NCBI GenBank assembly: GCA_977020255.1
Contig: CDROCS010000372.1
Coordinates: forward strand, 496,001-560,000
DNA length: 64,000 nt
DNA from: Obrimoposthia wandeli
Lineage: Eukaryota
Direction of reading: 5' to 3'
Under the pieces are notes generated by a model. That model worked only from the letters and a program-made list of their open reading frames with translations. It was not told the origin of the DNA and did not search any database. Shown one piece after another: positions 37,906-47,675 of this stretch; the stretch's first letter is position 1, and each line of letters starts with the position of its first letter. Position numbers and translations under genes: made by a program.

Positions 37906-38586
37906 ATGAAAAATGTTGTTATTACAGGAACAAGCAGAGGAATTGGATTTGAGCTCGCAAAACAGTTTGCAGAAAACGGACACAATGTTTTGGCCTTGTC
38001 TAGAAATTCGAAACCTTTATTAGAAATAAACCATAAAAACATTACTGTTTTATCTGTTGATATTTCTAAGTCTGATGATTTAAATAAAGTTTCTGACTTC
38101 ATAAAAAAGACTTGGCAAAAGGTTGATATTTTAATCAATAATGCAGGTAAATTAATAAACAAACCTTTTACAGATTTAACTTCAGGTGATTTCTTAGACG
38201 TTTATAAAGTTAATGTTTTTGCAGTTGCAGAAATTACAAAATTAATGATTCCGTTTTTACAAAAAGGAAGTCATGTTGTAACCATAAGTTCTATGGGAGG
38301 AATTCAAGGAAGCATGAAATTCCCTGGTTTAGCGGCTTATTCTTCTGCAAAAGGCGCAGTAATTACCTTATCAGAATTATTAGCAGAAGAATACAAAGAA
38401 CAACAAATTGCTTTTAATGTTTTGGCTTTAGGCGCAGTACAAACAGAAATGCTAGAAGAAGCTTTCCCTGGTTATCAAGCACCACTTTCTGCAGAAGAAA
38501 TGGCAGATTATATCTATAATTTTTCTTTAACAGGAAATAAATTTTATAATGGCAAGGTTTTGCAAGTTTCATCTTCAACACCGTAA
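37906..38586 (+). CDS. SDR family oxidoreductase
   Basis: TGTSRGIG, NNAG and YSSAK; start taken at MKNVVITG rather than 37867. Confidence 0.88.
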   Translation: MKNVVITGTSRGIGFELAKQFAENGHNVLALSRNSKPLLEINHKNITVLSVDISKSDDLNKVSDFIKKTWQKVDILINNAGKLINKPFTDLTSGDFLDVYKVNVFAVAEITKLMIPFLQKGSHVVTISSMGGIQGSMKFPGLAAYSSAKGAVITLSELLAEEYKEQQIAFNVLALGAVQTEMLEEAFPGYQAPLSAEEMADYIYNFSLTGNKFYNGKVLQVSSSTP

Positions 38587-38602
38587 ATAAATAAGTTTAA
38601 AT

Positions 38603-39196
38603 TTGGATTCAAACTATCAAAATTTCGTTCCTCAAAAAGCAATTCCGTTTATGGAATTTTTAATTAATGAACATAATTTTACACTAAAAATAGTAAATCA
38701 AAGACAAACAAAACATGGTGATTTTAGACAATTACCAACTGGTAAATTTCAAATTACTGTAAATAACAACCTCAACAAACATCAGTTTTTATTAACGTTG
38801 GTTCATGAAATCGCACATCATGTTACGCATCAAAAATTTGGTAGAGTGCAACCTCATGGAAAAGAATGGAAAGCAATTTTTCAACATTTAATGTTGCCTT
38901 TTCTGAATCCAGAAATTTATCCGAAGCAAATATTACCTTATTTGGCAAATTATTTAAAAAACGCCAAAGCAAGCACAGATGCAGATGTAAACTTATCATT
39001 AGCTTTAAAAGGCAATGTTGCAGAAACAGGAAAAAACTTTATTTTTGCCATTCCTTTTGGCAGTCTTTTTATTTTTAAAGATGTTATTTATAAAAGAGGA
39101 AACAAAAGAAGAACACGCTACGAATGTTTAAATATGACAAATAAAAAAGCGTATCTCTTCAATCAAAATGTTGAAGTAAAAAGTTACGACAGATAA
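38603..39196 (+). CDS. SprT-like zinc metalloprotease domain protein
   Basis: R.TKHGDFR, TLVHEIAH (HExxH) and PHGKEWK motifs. Confidence 0.88.
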   Translation: MDSNYQNFVPQKAIPFMEFLINEHNFTLKIVNQRQTKHGDFRQLPTGKFQITVNNNLNKHQFLLTLVHEIAHHVTHQKFGRVQPHGKEWKAIFQHLMLPFLNPEIYPKQILPYLANYLKNAKASTDADVNLSLALKGNVAETGKNFIFAIPFGSLFIFKDVIYKRGNKRRTRYECLNMTNKKAYLFNQNVEVKSYDR

Positions 39197-39213
39197 ATAA
39201 ACTTTATTTAAAT

Positions 39214-39243
39214 AAAAAAAACTCCTTTTCAGGAGTTTTTTTT
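39214..39243. terminator. Bidirectional terminator
   Basis: A-tract ACTCCT TTTC AGGAGT T-tract between convergent genes. Confidence 0.75.
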
Positions 39244-39244
39244 G

Positions 39245-40768
39245 TTACTTATCTCTCTTAATAAAGAGCGTATCTAAATTCATTTCTTTTTGAAGCCAGC
39301 TTCTTAATTCTCTTTCTTTAGGAGAAATAATACTATCTGGTAATTTTAAATTCCATTTTATTGTAGCTACTGGTATTGTATCAATTTTGATAAAATCTTT
39401 TGAAGATAAAACACTTGCAAAACCAATTTCTTCGATATCGATATATCTTATTTTAGCATCTTTTGCAATTCTACTAAACGCTATTACTTTTTGATTTTTA
39501 TTTTGTGCATCTTGTTCTATTCTAGTATTCAAAGAAGATATTGTTTCTTGTAAACCTGTTATTTGCTTTTGCAAACCGTTAATAATATTTTTGCTTTCTT
39601 GAAGCTCTTCTCTTTTTTCTTTATAAGCAGTTGTTATTAAAGAAAAACTCTTGGTATCACTACCTTTAATTACTATTTTAAAATCTTTTATTTTGGCATA
39701 ATTAATATCATTAGTCAATTGATTATTTAAAATATTCTCTTCTCCTTCACTAACTTCATTAAAAAAGTTTAAATTAATTACTTTATCATCAAGATTAAAA
39801 GAATCATCAATTAATTGAAAACTCTTAATTGTTTTTACTTCATATTTTATAAAATTACTTACTTGAGAAGTCATTTTACTTTCATTTAATGCATTAATAA
39901 AAGTATAAACTGCAGGAACCATAACTGCAATACCTAAAATAGTTGCAATTGTAGAGAAACGTTTTCTTCTAGCTGCATTTGCATATTTATGCATTGGAAA
40001 CCTTAAAAACTTAAGAACTATAAATGTTGCTAATGCAATAAAAATGGTATTAATTATAAACAAAAACATTGCTCCTAAAGCAAATGTTAAACCAATTGTT
40101 TCTCCAGAAACCCATTTAGCCAAACCAAAACCTGCTGTACAAAGTGGAGGCATTAAAGCAGTTGCAATAGCTACACCAAAAATTACAGAAGCAATTGTTC
40201 CTTTTTTAGTTCTAGCAACCATTAAAGCCAAACCACCAAAGAAAGCAATTAAAACATCTCTAATATCTGGTTTTGTTCTTCCTAAAAGTTCTGAAGTTTC
40301 TTCTCCTCCTCCGGGAAAAAAATAAAAGTATACAAATGAAGCCAATAAACTTAACACAATCATTGTACTTAAGTTAATTAATGACTTTTTAAAAGTATCA
40401 ATATCATTTAATGCGAAAGACATACCAATTCCTAAAATTGGCCCCATTAAAGGTGAAATTAACATGGCTCCAATAACTACAGCAGTTGAGTTTGCATTTA
40501 ATCCTACAGAAGCTACAAAAACGGCAAAAATAAGAATCCATGCAGTTGCACCTTTAAAAGGAATATCTGCTTTAATAGCTTCTACAGTTGCTACATGATC
40601 TGTATCGTGCCTAAAGTCGAAAAGTTCCATTAGAAACTTTTTTAGACTTTCAAATAAACCTTTTGCATCTTTTTGAACATTCTGTTTGGATTCTTCTGTT
40701 GAATTTGATGCTATATTTTTTTTAATATCTTCTTCCATCTTTGTTATTTGAATTTCGGAAAGATACAA
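39245..40768 (-). CDS. DUF389 domain membrane protein
   Basis: VGLNANSTAVVIGAMLISPLMGPI and GVAIATALMPPL motifs. Confidence 0.9.
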   Translation of the reverse strand: MYLSEIQITKMEEDIKKNIASNSTEESKQNVQKDAKGLFESLKKFLMELFDFRHDTDHVATVEAIKADIPFKGATAWILIFAVFVASVGLNANSTAVVIGAMLISPLMGPILGIGMSFALNDIDTFKKSLINLSTMIVLSLLASFVYFYFFPGGGEETSELLGRTKPDIRDVLIAFFGGLALMVARTKKGTIASVIFGVAIATALMPPLCTAGFGLAKWVSGETIGLTFALGAMFLFIINTIFIALATFIVLKFLRFPMHKYANAARRKRFSTIATILGIAVMVPAVYTFINALNESKMTSQVSNFIKYEVKTIKSFQLIDDSFNLDDKVINLNFFNEVSEGEENILNNQLTNDINYAKIKDFKIVIKGSDTKSFSLITTAYKEKREELQESKNIINGLQKQITGLQETISSLNTRIEQDAQNKNQKVIAFSRIAKDAKIRYIDIEEIGFASVLSSKDFIKIDTIPVATIKWNLKLPDSIISPKERELRSWLQKEMNLDTLFIKRDK

Positions 40769-40865
40769 AAAAAGACGAAAAACTCTTTCGTTAAAAATTT
40801 AGAAAACTAGACAAAGCAAAACTAATTTAGGTTGCTCTATTTGCTTTAAAATAATAAGTAAGCCC

Positions 40866-40968
40866 GCGTTAAGGATTGCAATGGAAATCCTTTTTCTGAA
40901 GTATGAATAAAAAGATTGAAATGAAAAGCCTGACGCAATTATTTTTTTCAAATAATTGGGAAACGCCC
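40866..40968. repeat. GCGTT...AACGC element without the inner TCGAG element
   Basis: GCGTTAAGGATTGCAATGGAAATCCTTTTT..AAAAAGATTG..AAAAGCCTGAC..AAACGCCC. Confidence 0.75.
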
Positions 40969-40999
40969 AAAAAAACTTTTTTTGTTTTAAAAATAGTAT

Positions 41000-41034
41000 A
41001 AAAAAAAAGAACTCCACAGATTGTGAAGTTCTTT
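41000..41034 (-). terminator. Terminator downstream of tRNA-Lys
   Basis: AAAGAACT-CCACA/TGTG-AGTTCTTT stem with an A tract. Confidence 0.65.
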
Positions 41035-41038
41035 AAAG

Positions 41039-41111
41039 TGACCGGGCTGGGGCTCGAACCCAGGACCCTCTCCTTAAAAGGGAGATGCTCTACCAACTGA
41101 GCTACCAGGTC
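41039..41111 (-). tRNA. tRNA-Lys (UUU), CCA not encoded
   Basis: GACCTGGTAGCTCAGTTGGTAGAGCATCTCCCTTTTAAGGAGAGGGTCCTGGGTTCGAGCCCCAGCCCGGTCA folds into a cloverleaf with anticodon TTT. Confidence 0.95.
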
Positions 41112-41133
41112 TTTCTTTTTGCCTTAGCGGGTG

Positions 41134-41164
41134 CAAATATATACCTTATTTTTAAAAATCCAAA
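41134..41164 (-). promoter_or_regulatory. Consensus Bacteroidetes sigma-70 promoter of tRNA-Lys
   Basis: TTTG-N19-TATATTTG on the minus strand. Confidence 0.8.
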
Positions 41165-41171
41165 CATTTTT

Positions 41172-41939
41172 TTATTTTGTTTCATTTAAATAAACTTGTC
41201 TTACTTTTTTTAATAAATTAGAAGAATAAACAAAACTTACAACCGCTTCATTATCAGTAGAAAATATGTCTTCACTTGTGCCTTCCCAAGCTTTTAAACC
41301 TTTATTTAAAAAAATAATTTTTTCTCCAATTTCGATTACAGAATTCATATCATGCGTATTAATTACTGTAGTAATTTTATACTCGTCTGTGATTTCTTGA
41401 ATTAAATTATCGATAACAATAGCTGTTTGTGGGTCTAAACCAGAGTTTGGCTCATCACAAAACAAATATTTAGGATTCATTACAATAGCTCTTGCAATGG
41501 CTACCCTTTTTTGCATTCCGCCAGATAATTCTGCAGGCAATTTATTATTTGAATTTTCTAAATTCACACGTTTTAGAACCGTATTTACACGATCTAACAT
41601 TTCTTGCTGAGATTTGTTTGTAAACATTTTTAAAGGAAACATTACATTTTCTTCTACTGTTTGAGAATCGAACAATGCACTTCCTTGAAAAACCATACCA
41701 ATTTCTTGTCTCCATTGCATTTTCTGTTCTTGAGAAAATTCAGTATTAATTCTTCCATCAAAAGAAACGGTTCCTTTTTCTGGAACATGAAGACCAATTA
41801 AAGATTTTAAAAAAACCGTTTTCCCAGAGCCACTTTGACCAATAATTAAATTTGTTTTTCCTGGTAAAAAAGTGGTAGAAATTCCTTTTAAAACTTCTAC
41901 ACCGTTAAAACCTTTGTGTAAATTTTTAACTTCTATCAT
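41172..41939 (-). CDS. mlaF: ABC transporter ATP-binding protein (MlaF-like)
   Basis: GQSGSGKT, LSGGMQKRVAIARA and FCDEPNSGLDP; paired with MlaE. Confidence 0.8.
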   Translation of the reverse strand: MIEVKNLHKGFNGVEVLKGISTTFLPGKTNLIIGQSGSGKTVFLKSLIGLHVPEKGTVSFDGRINTEFSQEQKMQWRQEIGMVFQGSALFDSQTVEENVMFPLKMFTNKSQQEMLDRVNTVLKRVNLENSNNKLPAELSGGMQKRVAIARAIVMNPKYLFCDEPNSGLDPQTAIVIDNLIQEITDEYKITTVINTHDMNSVIEIGEKIIFLNKGLKAWEGTSEDIFSTDNEAVVSFVYSSNLLKKVRQVYLNETK

Positions 41940-41943
41940 AGCT

Positions 41944-42684
41944 TTAAGTTAGTAATAATTGAGTTAAAATATAATTTGCAATCACTATTAAAATGGTTGT
42001 CCAAACCACAGCTTGTGTACTTGCTCTACCAACTGCAATTGAGCCACCTTTTACATAATAACCTTGGTAAGAAGGCACTGTTGCAATTAAAAAAGAGAAA
42101 ATTAGCGTTTTTGTTAAAGCATATACAATTAAAAATGGCTTAAAATCTGTTTGAATTCCGGTGATGTAATCTGCTCCGGTAAATAAACCCGAAAGAACGC
42201 CTGCAAGCCAGCCTCCAAAAATACCTAAAACCATTGCCAAAGTGATTAAAAAAGGATAAAAGAACAAAGCAGCTAAGATTTTGGGTAGCACTAAAAAGTT
42301 TAAGGAATTTATTCCCATAACTTCTAGTGCATCTATTTGTTCTGTAACTCGCATTGCACCAATACTAGAAGTTATATAAGAACCTACTTTACCAGCCAAA
42401 ATAATACAGCAAAAAGTAGGTGCAAATTCTAAGATTATAGATCTTTTTGCAGCGAAACCAATTAAAGAATCTGGTATAAAAGGACTCTCTAAATTTAAAG
42501 CTGTTTGTAACGCTATTACACCACCAATAAAGAAAGAAATAAACATAATTATTCCTATAGATTTAAGACCTAAATCTTCTATTTCTTTCATTAAAGCTTG
42601 GTAAAAGATACGACCTTTTTGTGGCTTTTTAAAAACACGCCCCAACATCATAAAGTACTTACCAACATGTTCTAAATACGTCAT
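41944..42684 (-). CDS. mlaE: MlaE family ABC permease
   Basis: EFAP, GKVGS.ITSSIGAMRVTEQIDALEVMG and VGRAST.AVV motifs. Confidence 0.88.
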   Translation of the reverse strand: MTYLEHVGKYFMMLGRVFKKPQKGRIFYQALMKEIEDLGLKSIGIIMFISFFIGGVIALQTALNLESPFIPDSLIGFAAKRSIILEFAPTFCCIILAGKVGSYITSSIGAMRVTEQIDALEVMGINSLNFLVLPKILAALFFYPFLITLAMVLGIFGGWLAGVLSGLFTGADYITGIQTDFKPFLIVYALTKTLIFSFLIATVPSYQGYYVKGGSIAVGRASTQAVVWTTILIVIANYILTQLLLT

Positions 42685-42794
42685 TCAAACAAATTTTAGG
42701 CTAAAGTATTAAAATATGATTAATTGAATGTTAATTATTGCACATCAAAATAAAAAATAATTACTTTTGATAAAATTTAAATTATTTTCTACTC

Positions 42795-44435
42795 ATGAAA
42801 AGAGCTGTTTTTTACTTGTTATCATCTATCATTTTGTTTTCTAACTTTTCTTACAGTCAATCGAAAACAGAAAAACCAAAATTAGTAATTGGTATTGTTA
42901 TTGACCAAATGAGATATGATTATTTAACGCGTTACGCAGATAGATATGGAGAAGGTGGTTTTAATAGAATTTTAAATAACGGATTTTCTTTAGAAAATGC
43001 ACACTACAATTATATACCAACTTATACTGCAGTTGGGCATACTTCTATTTTTACGGGTACAACACCTAGCAATCATGGTATTATTTCTAACAATTGGTAT
43101 GATAAAATTTTGAAGAAAAGTATTTATTGTGTTGATGACGCTACTTATAAAACCGTTGGAAATAATGGTTCTGTTGGGCAAAAATCACCAAAAAGATTAT
43201 ATACAACAACAATTACAGATCAACTTCATTTAGCACAGAATATGCGTGGAAAAACGATTGGAGTTTCTATAAAAGATCGTTCTGCAATTTTACCTGTAGG
43301 TCATACAGCAAATGCAGCTTATTGGTACGATGCTGGAAATAAAAATCAATGGATTACCAGTTCTTTTTATATGGATAAATTGCCAAATTGGGTAACAGAA
43401 TTTAATAGCAACAATAAAGCTGACGAATATTTAAATACTACTTGGGAAACTTTATATGATATAAAAACATATCAAAATAGTAGAACAGATGATAATATTT
43501 ATGAAAGAAATTTAAATGGTAAAGAAAAACCTAATTTTCCTAAAAATTTAAAAGAATTAAGAAAGAAAAACGGAAATTATAATTTGATAAAAACTGTGCC
43601 TGCAGGTAATACCTACACAGTCGATTTTGCAAAAGCTGTAATTAAAGGCGAACAGTTAGGAAAAACTAAATTCACAGACTTTTTAGCACTTAGTTTTTCT
43701 TCTACAGATTATGTTGGTCATAGATATGGTGTTTCAGCTGTAGAAACTGAAGATACCTATTTGCGTTTAGATAAAGATTTAGCAGACTTTTTCAACTTTT
43801 TAGATACTGAAGTTGGTAAAGGAAACTACACTTTATTTTTAACAGCAGATCATGCAGCTGTTCATATTCCTTCTTATTTACAATCTTTAAAAATTCCTGC
43901 ACATTATTTAGATATTAAAAAATTTAGAGATTCTCTTTTAGAAATTACCCATAAGTATTTTAATTCTAAAGAGTTAATAGAAAACGTTTCTAATTATCAG
44001 ATATTTTTAAATAAAGTTAAAATTGAAGCTTTAGGTTTAAATAAAAATACAGTTGCACAAAGATTGGCAGATGAAGTGATGAATTTTGATAAAATATACA
44101 AAGCTGTTACTGCAAGAACATTACAGACTGCTAATTTTACAGAAGGTATTATGAATTCTTTACAAAACGGATACAACCAGAAGTTTTCTGGAGATGTTTT
44201 AATGATTCCTTATCCAGCAACTTTAATTAGCGATAGAAAAGGGACAAGTCATGGTTCTGGTTATTCTTATGACACTCATATTCCTATTATTTTCTATGGA
44301 AATGGAATTAAAAAGGGTTCATCAGCAAAAAAATATGATATTATAGATATTGCACCAACAATTTCTAATTTATTAAAAATTGAATCTCCAAATGGAACTT
44401 CTGGAAAAGTGATTGAAGAAGTTTTAGAGAAATAA
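42795..44435 (+). CDS. pafA: Alkaline phosphatase PafA
   Basis: VIDQMRYDY, PTYTAVGH (Thr nucleophile), SIKDR, STDYVGH, TADH and HGS motifs. Confidence 0.92.
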   Translation: MKRAVFYLLSSIILFSNFSYSQSKTEKPKLVIGIVIDQMRYDYLTRYADRYGEGGFNRILNNGFSLENAHYNYIPTYTAVGHTSIFTGTTPSNHGIISNNWYDKILKKSIYCVDDATYKTVGNNGSVGQKSPKRLYTTTITDQLHLAQNMRGKTIGVSIKDRSAILPVGHTANAAYWYDAGNKNQWITSSFYMDKLPNWVTEFNSNNKADEYLNTTWETLYDIKTYQNSRTDDNIYERNLNGKEKPNFPKNLKELRKKNGNYNLIKTVPAGNTYTVDFAKAVIKGEQLGKTKFTDFLALSFSSTDYVGHRYGVSAVETEDTYLRLDKDLADFFNFLDTEVGKGNYTLFLTADHAAVHIPSYLQSLKIPAHYLDIKKFRDSLLEITHKYFNSKELIENVSNYQIFLNKVKIEALGLNKNTVAQRLADEVMNFDKIYKAVTARTLQTANFTEGIMNSLQNGYNQKFSGDVLMIPYPATLISDRKGTSHGSGYSYDTHIPIIFYGNGIKKGSSAKKYDIIDIAPTISNLLKIESPNGTSGKVIEEVLEK

Positions 44436-44436
44436 T

Positions 44437-45111
44437 TTAAGGCTTAAAAATAGAACTATTTTGATGTCTCTTTATCGCTTTTTTAGATAGCATAATTGCT
44501 ACTACTAAAGAGATAAATGCTCCAATAGATATTCCTGGAATAAAGTTGATGAATAAGAAAAAATCATATGCTCCATGAAACAGTGTTGCAAATAAAAGGC
44601 CTAATAAGTTCAATTGAATTCTATTTTTAGAAAACTTAGCTTTTCCCATAAAATAGCCCATCAAAATACCAAAAGTAGCATGTGCAGGAACTGCTGTAAA
44701 TGCTCTTAACAAACCAGTTCCTGCTCCATATTGAAAAGTATATAAAACATTTTCTAATGCTGCAAAACCCATAGAAACCATTACTGCATATACAATACCA
44801 TCAAAAGGCTCATTAAATTCTTTATTTTTTTGAGCATAGAATTTCACAATAATATATTTCGAAAATTCCTCTACCAAAGCAACTACAAAAAATGCTTTTA
44901 AAAATTGCTGAAATATACTTTTAGCATCTGTTAAAGGAATAAGAATTGAAGCAATATAACCTAAAATAAAAGTTAAAACGATACTTACAGTTGCACCCAA
45001 CAAAAAAGTCTTCGTTAAAAGTTTTATAGGCTCTTTTTCGTATTTATCTTTAAAATAAATATAGAGAATAACAATTGTTACTGGAGCAATAGCTAATAGT
45101 AGCAAGTTCAT
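44437..45111 (-). CDS. PrsW family intramembrane metalloprotease
   Basis: EEFSK, GFAALEN, AVPAH and HGAYD motifs. Confidence 0.9.
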   Translation of the reverse strand: MNLLLLAIAPVTIVILYIYFKDKYEKEPIKLLTKTFLLGATVSIVLTFILGYIASILIPLTDAKSIFQQFLKAFFVVALVEEFSKYIIVKFYAQKNKEFNEPFDGIVYAVMVSMGFAALENVLYTFQYGAGTGLLRAFTAVPAHATFGILMGYFMGKAKFSKNRIQLNLLGLLFATLFHGAYDFFLFINFIPGISIGAFISLVVAIMLSKKAIKRHQNSSIFKP

Positions 45112-45159
45112 TTTGTAAATATATTAAAAAAGAACTTTTTCATTTTTAAAAATTGAAAA

Positions 45160-46092
45160 TTAAGATTTTGGTAAAAAAACTTCTGCCATCATACAACGTG
45201 CACTTCCACCACCACAAGTTTCTATTGTTTCTAAAGAACTAGAAACTATTTTACAATGGTTGCTTATTTTTGAAACTTGACTTTGCGTTAAACAATCATG
45301 AGCAGCTTTACTCATTATTAACAATAATTCATCATTCTCGCCACGAACCTGCAACATATTTCCTGCGAAACTGTGCATTTGTTTTTCAGTAATATCAATT
45401 ATTTGTTTACCATCTTCTTTTAAATGTTTTAATACATTTTTTCTTTCAGATTTATTATCTATTGTATCTAGACAAATTACAGCAAAAGTTTCTGCAACAC
45501 ACATCATTACATTGGTATGATAAATAGCTTCTCTTTTATCATTTACAGTTTGGTTAGCAATAAAAACTACAGGTGTATATTCAAAATCTTCACAGAACTC
45601 AATAAATAATTCTTCATTTGCTCTTGCAGACAAAGCACAATATGCTTTTTTATTTACTCTATCTAAAATAATACTTCCTGTTCCTTCTAAATAGACTCCT
45701 TCATCTTCTGCAGAAGTATAATCTACAACGTTATCTATTACAAAGTTTTGCTTTTCTAATTCCTCTAGAATATCTTCTCTACGCTCTAAACGTCTGTTTT
45801 CTGCAAACATTGGGTACAAAGCTACAGTACCATCAGCATGAAAAGAAACCCAATTATTAGGAAAAACTGAATCTGGCGTATCAAATTTATCAGTATCTGA
45901 AACGACAACTACATTTACACCATAACTTTTCAATTTAAACACATAGGCATCAAATTCTTCTTGTGCTTTTTTGTTTATTTCAGCATTCTTTAAATCAATA
46001 TCTTCTTGAAAATAATTGTTTACAGCTGTTTGTTCATTCTTCCTAAAGTTTATAGGACGAATCATTAATATAGTATTGGTAGTTTGTTTCAT
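45160..46092 (-). CDS. ctlX: Amidinotransferase-family hydrolase (CtlX-like)
   Basis: PDSVFPNNW, LEGTGS, YHTNVMM and GGGSARCM motifs. Confidence 0.85.
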   Translation of the reverse strand: MKQTTNTILMIRPINFRKNEQTAVNNYFQEDIDLKNAEINKKAQEEFDAYVFKLKSYGVNVVVVSDTDKFDTPDSVFPNNWVSFHADGTVALYPMFAENRRLERREDILEELEKQNFVIDNVVDYTSAEDEGVYLEGTGSIILDRVNKKAYCALSARANEELFIEFCEDFEYTPVVFIANQTVNDKREAIYHTNVMMCVAETFAVICLDTIDNKSERKNVLKHLKEDGKQIIDITEKQMHSFAGNMLQVRGENDELLLIMSKAAHDCLTQSQVSKISNHCKIVSSSLETIETCGGGSARCMMAEVFLPKS

Positions 46093-46273
46093 TTATTCTA
46101 TGGATAAGATACAAAATTACCTCTTTTTTTGATGATAACATAAATTGTTGAACATAATTTGGTTTGTTTTTATACTTATAAAAAAGTAACTTCGTAATTG
46201 ATTGATGTAAAATATTAAAACGATTTTATATCATTAAACTGTAAATACGCGGACCAAACTACACCAAAATCGA

Positions 46274-46951
46274 ATGAACAGAGTTGATCGCTTAATGAAT
46301 ATAATACTAACGCTACAATCTAAAAAGTTTGTAACTACAAACACATTTTCAGAAAAATATCAATTAAGCGAAAGAACTATATATAGAGATATAAAAGCAT
46401 TAAACGAAATAGGTGTGCCCATTTATTTTGAACCCAATAAAGGATATGTTTTAATGGAAGGTTATTTTTTACCTCCACTAACATTTACAATTGAAGAAGC
46501 AAACTCTTTATTATTATTACAAACTTTAGCAGATAAATTTACCGATAAATCTATACTACAAAAATCAAATTCTGCTCTTGAGAAAATTAAAGCAGTTTTA
46601 AAATATAATGATTGGAAAAAGTTTGAAGAAATATCTTCTAAATTAGAAGTTTATATTCCCATAGATACGAATAATAAAAATGATTTTTTATCAAAAATTC
46701 AAAACTCCATTCTTGAAAAAAGTGTTTTGAAAATCTCATATACAGATAATAACAACAATAAAACTCAAAGAGAAATAGAACCTTTAGGGTTAATCTTTTA
46801 CACAAATCGATGGCATTTATTAGCTTGGTGCACGTCAAGAGAAGATTATAGGGATTTTATAGTAAATTCAATCAATCAATTGAGTATATCTCCAAAGCAT
46901 TTCACAAAAGAACATTCTTATACTATTCAGGACTATATGAAAATATTTTAA
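46274..46951 (+). CDS. YafY-type HTH-WYL transcriptional regulator
   Basis: MNRVDRL...SERTIYRDI..L wHTH; LPPLTFT.EEA linker; REIEPLGL...WHLLAWC WYL domain. Confidence 0.9.
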   Translation: MNRVDRLMNIILTLQSKKFVTTNTFSEKYQLSERTIYRDIKALNEIGVPIYFEPNKGYVLMEGYFLPPLTFTIEEANSLLLLQTLADKFTDKSILQKSNSALEKIKAVLKYNDWKKFEEISSKLEVYIPIDTNNKNDFLSKIQNSILEKSVLKISYTDNNNNKTQREIEPLGLIFYTNRWHLLAWCTSREDYRDFIVNSINQLSISPKHFTKEHSYTIQDYMKIF

Positions 46952-46966
46952 TTTTTCTCTTTTTAC

Positions 46967-47001
46967 TGACATAGGGTTGTCATATCGGGTCCTTATGTTT
47001 G
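46967..47001 (+). promoter_or_regulatory. Candidate WYL operator plus -7 box
   Basis: TGACA-TAGGGT-TGTCA (46967..46982) 11 nt upstream of TATGTTTG (46994..47001). Confidence 0.55.
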
Positions 47002-47021
47002 TGTTATTAAATAGCACAGAT

Positions 47022-47615
47022 ATGAGGATTTTAATTTTAGTCATCACAATTGCATTAACATATACCGATCAAACTATGGCACAGGAAAAGGAGTATTTTA
47101 AATATTCAGAAAACGGAGAACTAATAAACTTACCCTCCTCGACTTCATCTAAAGACGATTTTAATTTTTTAATGGGGAATTGGACAGTTAAAAATAGGAA
47201 ACTTAAGACGCGATTGAAAAACAGTAACGATTGGGATGAGTTTGAGGCTAAATGGAAAATAAATCCCATACTTAACGGACTTGGAAACATTGAAAATTAC
47301 TATTCAAGTTTCGATGATGAACCATTTGAAGGAGTTGCTCTTCGGTTTTTCGATCAAAAAACTAAACTCTGGAGTATTTATTGGTCCGACATAAATAGCA
47401 CAGGAGTTTTGGGAACTCCAATAACAGGATCATTCTACGGAGACTTAGGCGTTTTCTATATGAAAGACATATATGAAAATAAAGAAATTTTAGTCAAATA
47501 CGAATGGGACAAATCCGATTTGAACCATCCTACATGGCGGCAAGGTGTTTCTTTAGACGATGGAGAGACTTGGGAGTGGAATTGGTATATGACTGGAACC
47601 AAAGTTGAAGAGTAA
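47022..47615 (+). CDS. DUF1579-like protein with putative signal peptide
   Basis: DFNFLMGNW..KNRKLK.RL, WSIYW and WEWNWYM; ATG at 47022 lies downstream of the -7 box (ORF-track start 46977 overlaps the operator). Confidence 0.7.
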   Translation: MRILILVITIALTYTDQTMAQEKEYFKYSENGELINLPSSTSSKDDFNFLMGNWTVKNRKLKTRLKNSNDWDEFEAKWKINPILNGLGNIENYYSSFDDEPFEGVALRFFDQKTKLWSIYWSDINSTGVLGTPITGSFYGDLGVFYMKDIYENKEILVKYEWDKSDLNHPTWRQGVSLDDGETWEWNWYMTGTKVEE

Positions 47616-47675
47616 AATTGTAACTTAAACAAGAATTTTTGGTATAAAACCATTAGAAATATTAAAAGTAATTAT

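Noticed and set aside
40799-41096. ORFs reading through tRNA-Lys and the repeat (MVEHLPFKERVLGSSPSPVT)
   Set aside because: Translation of the tRNA gene, a classic false ORF
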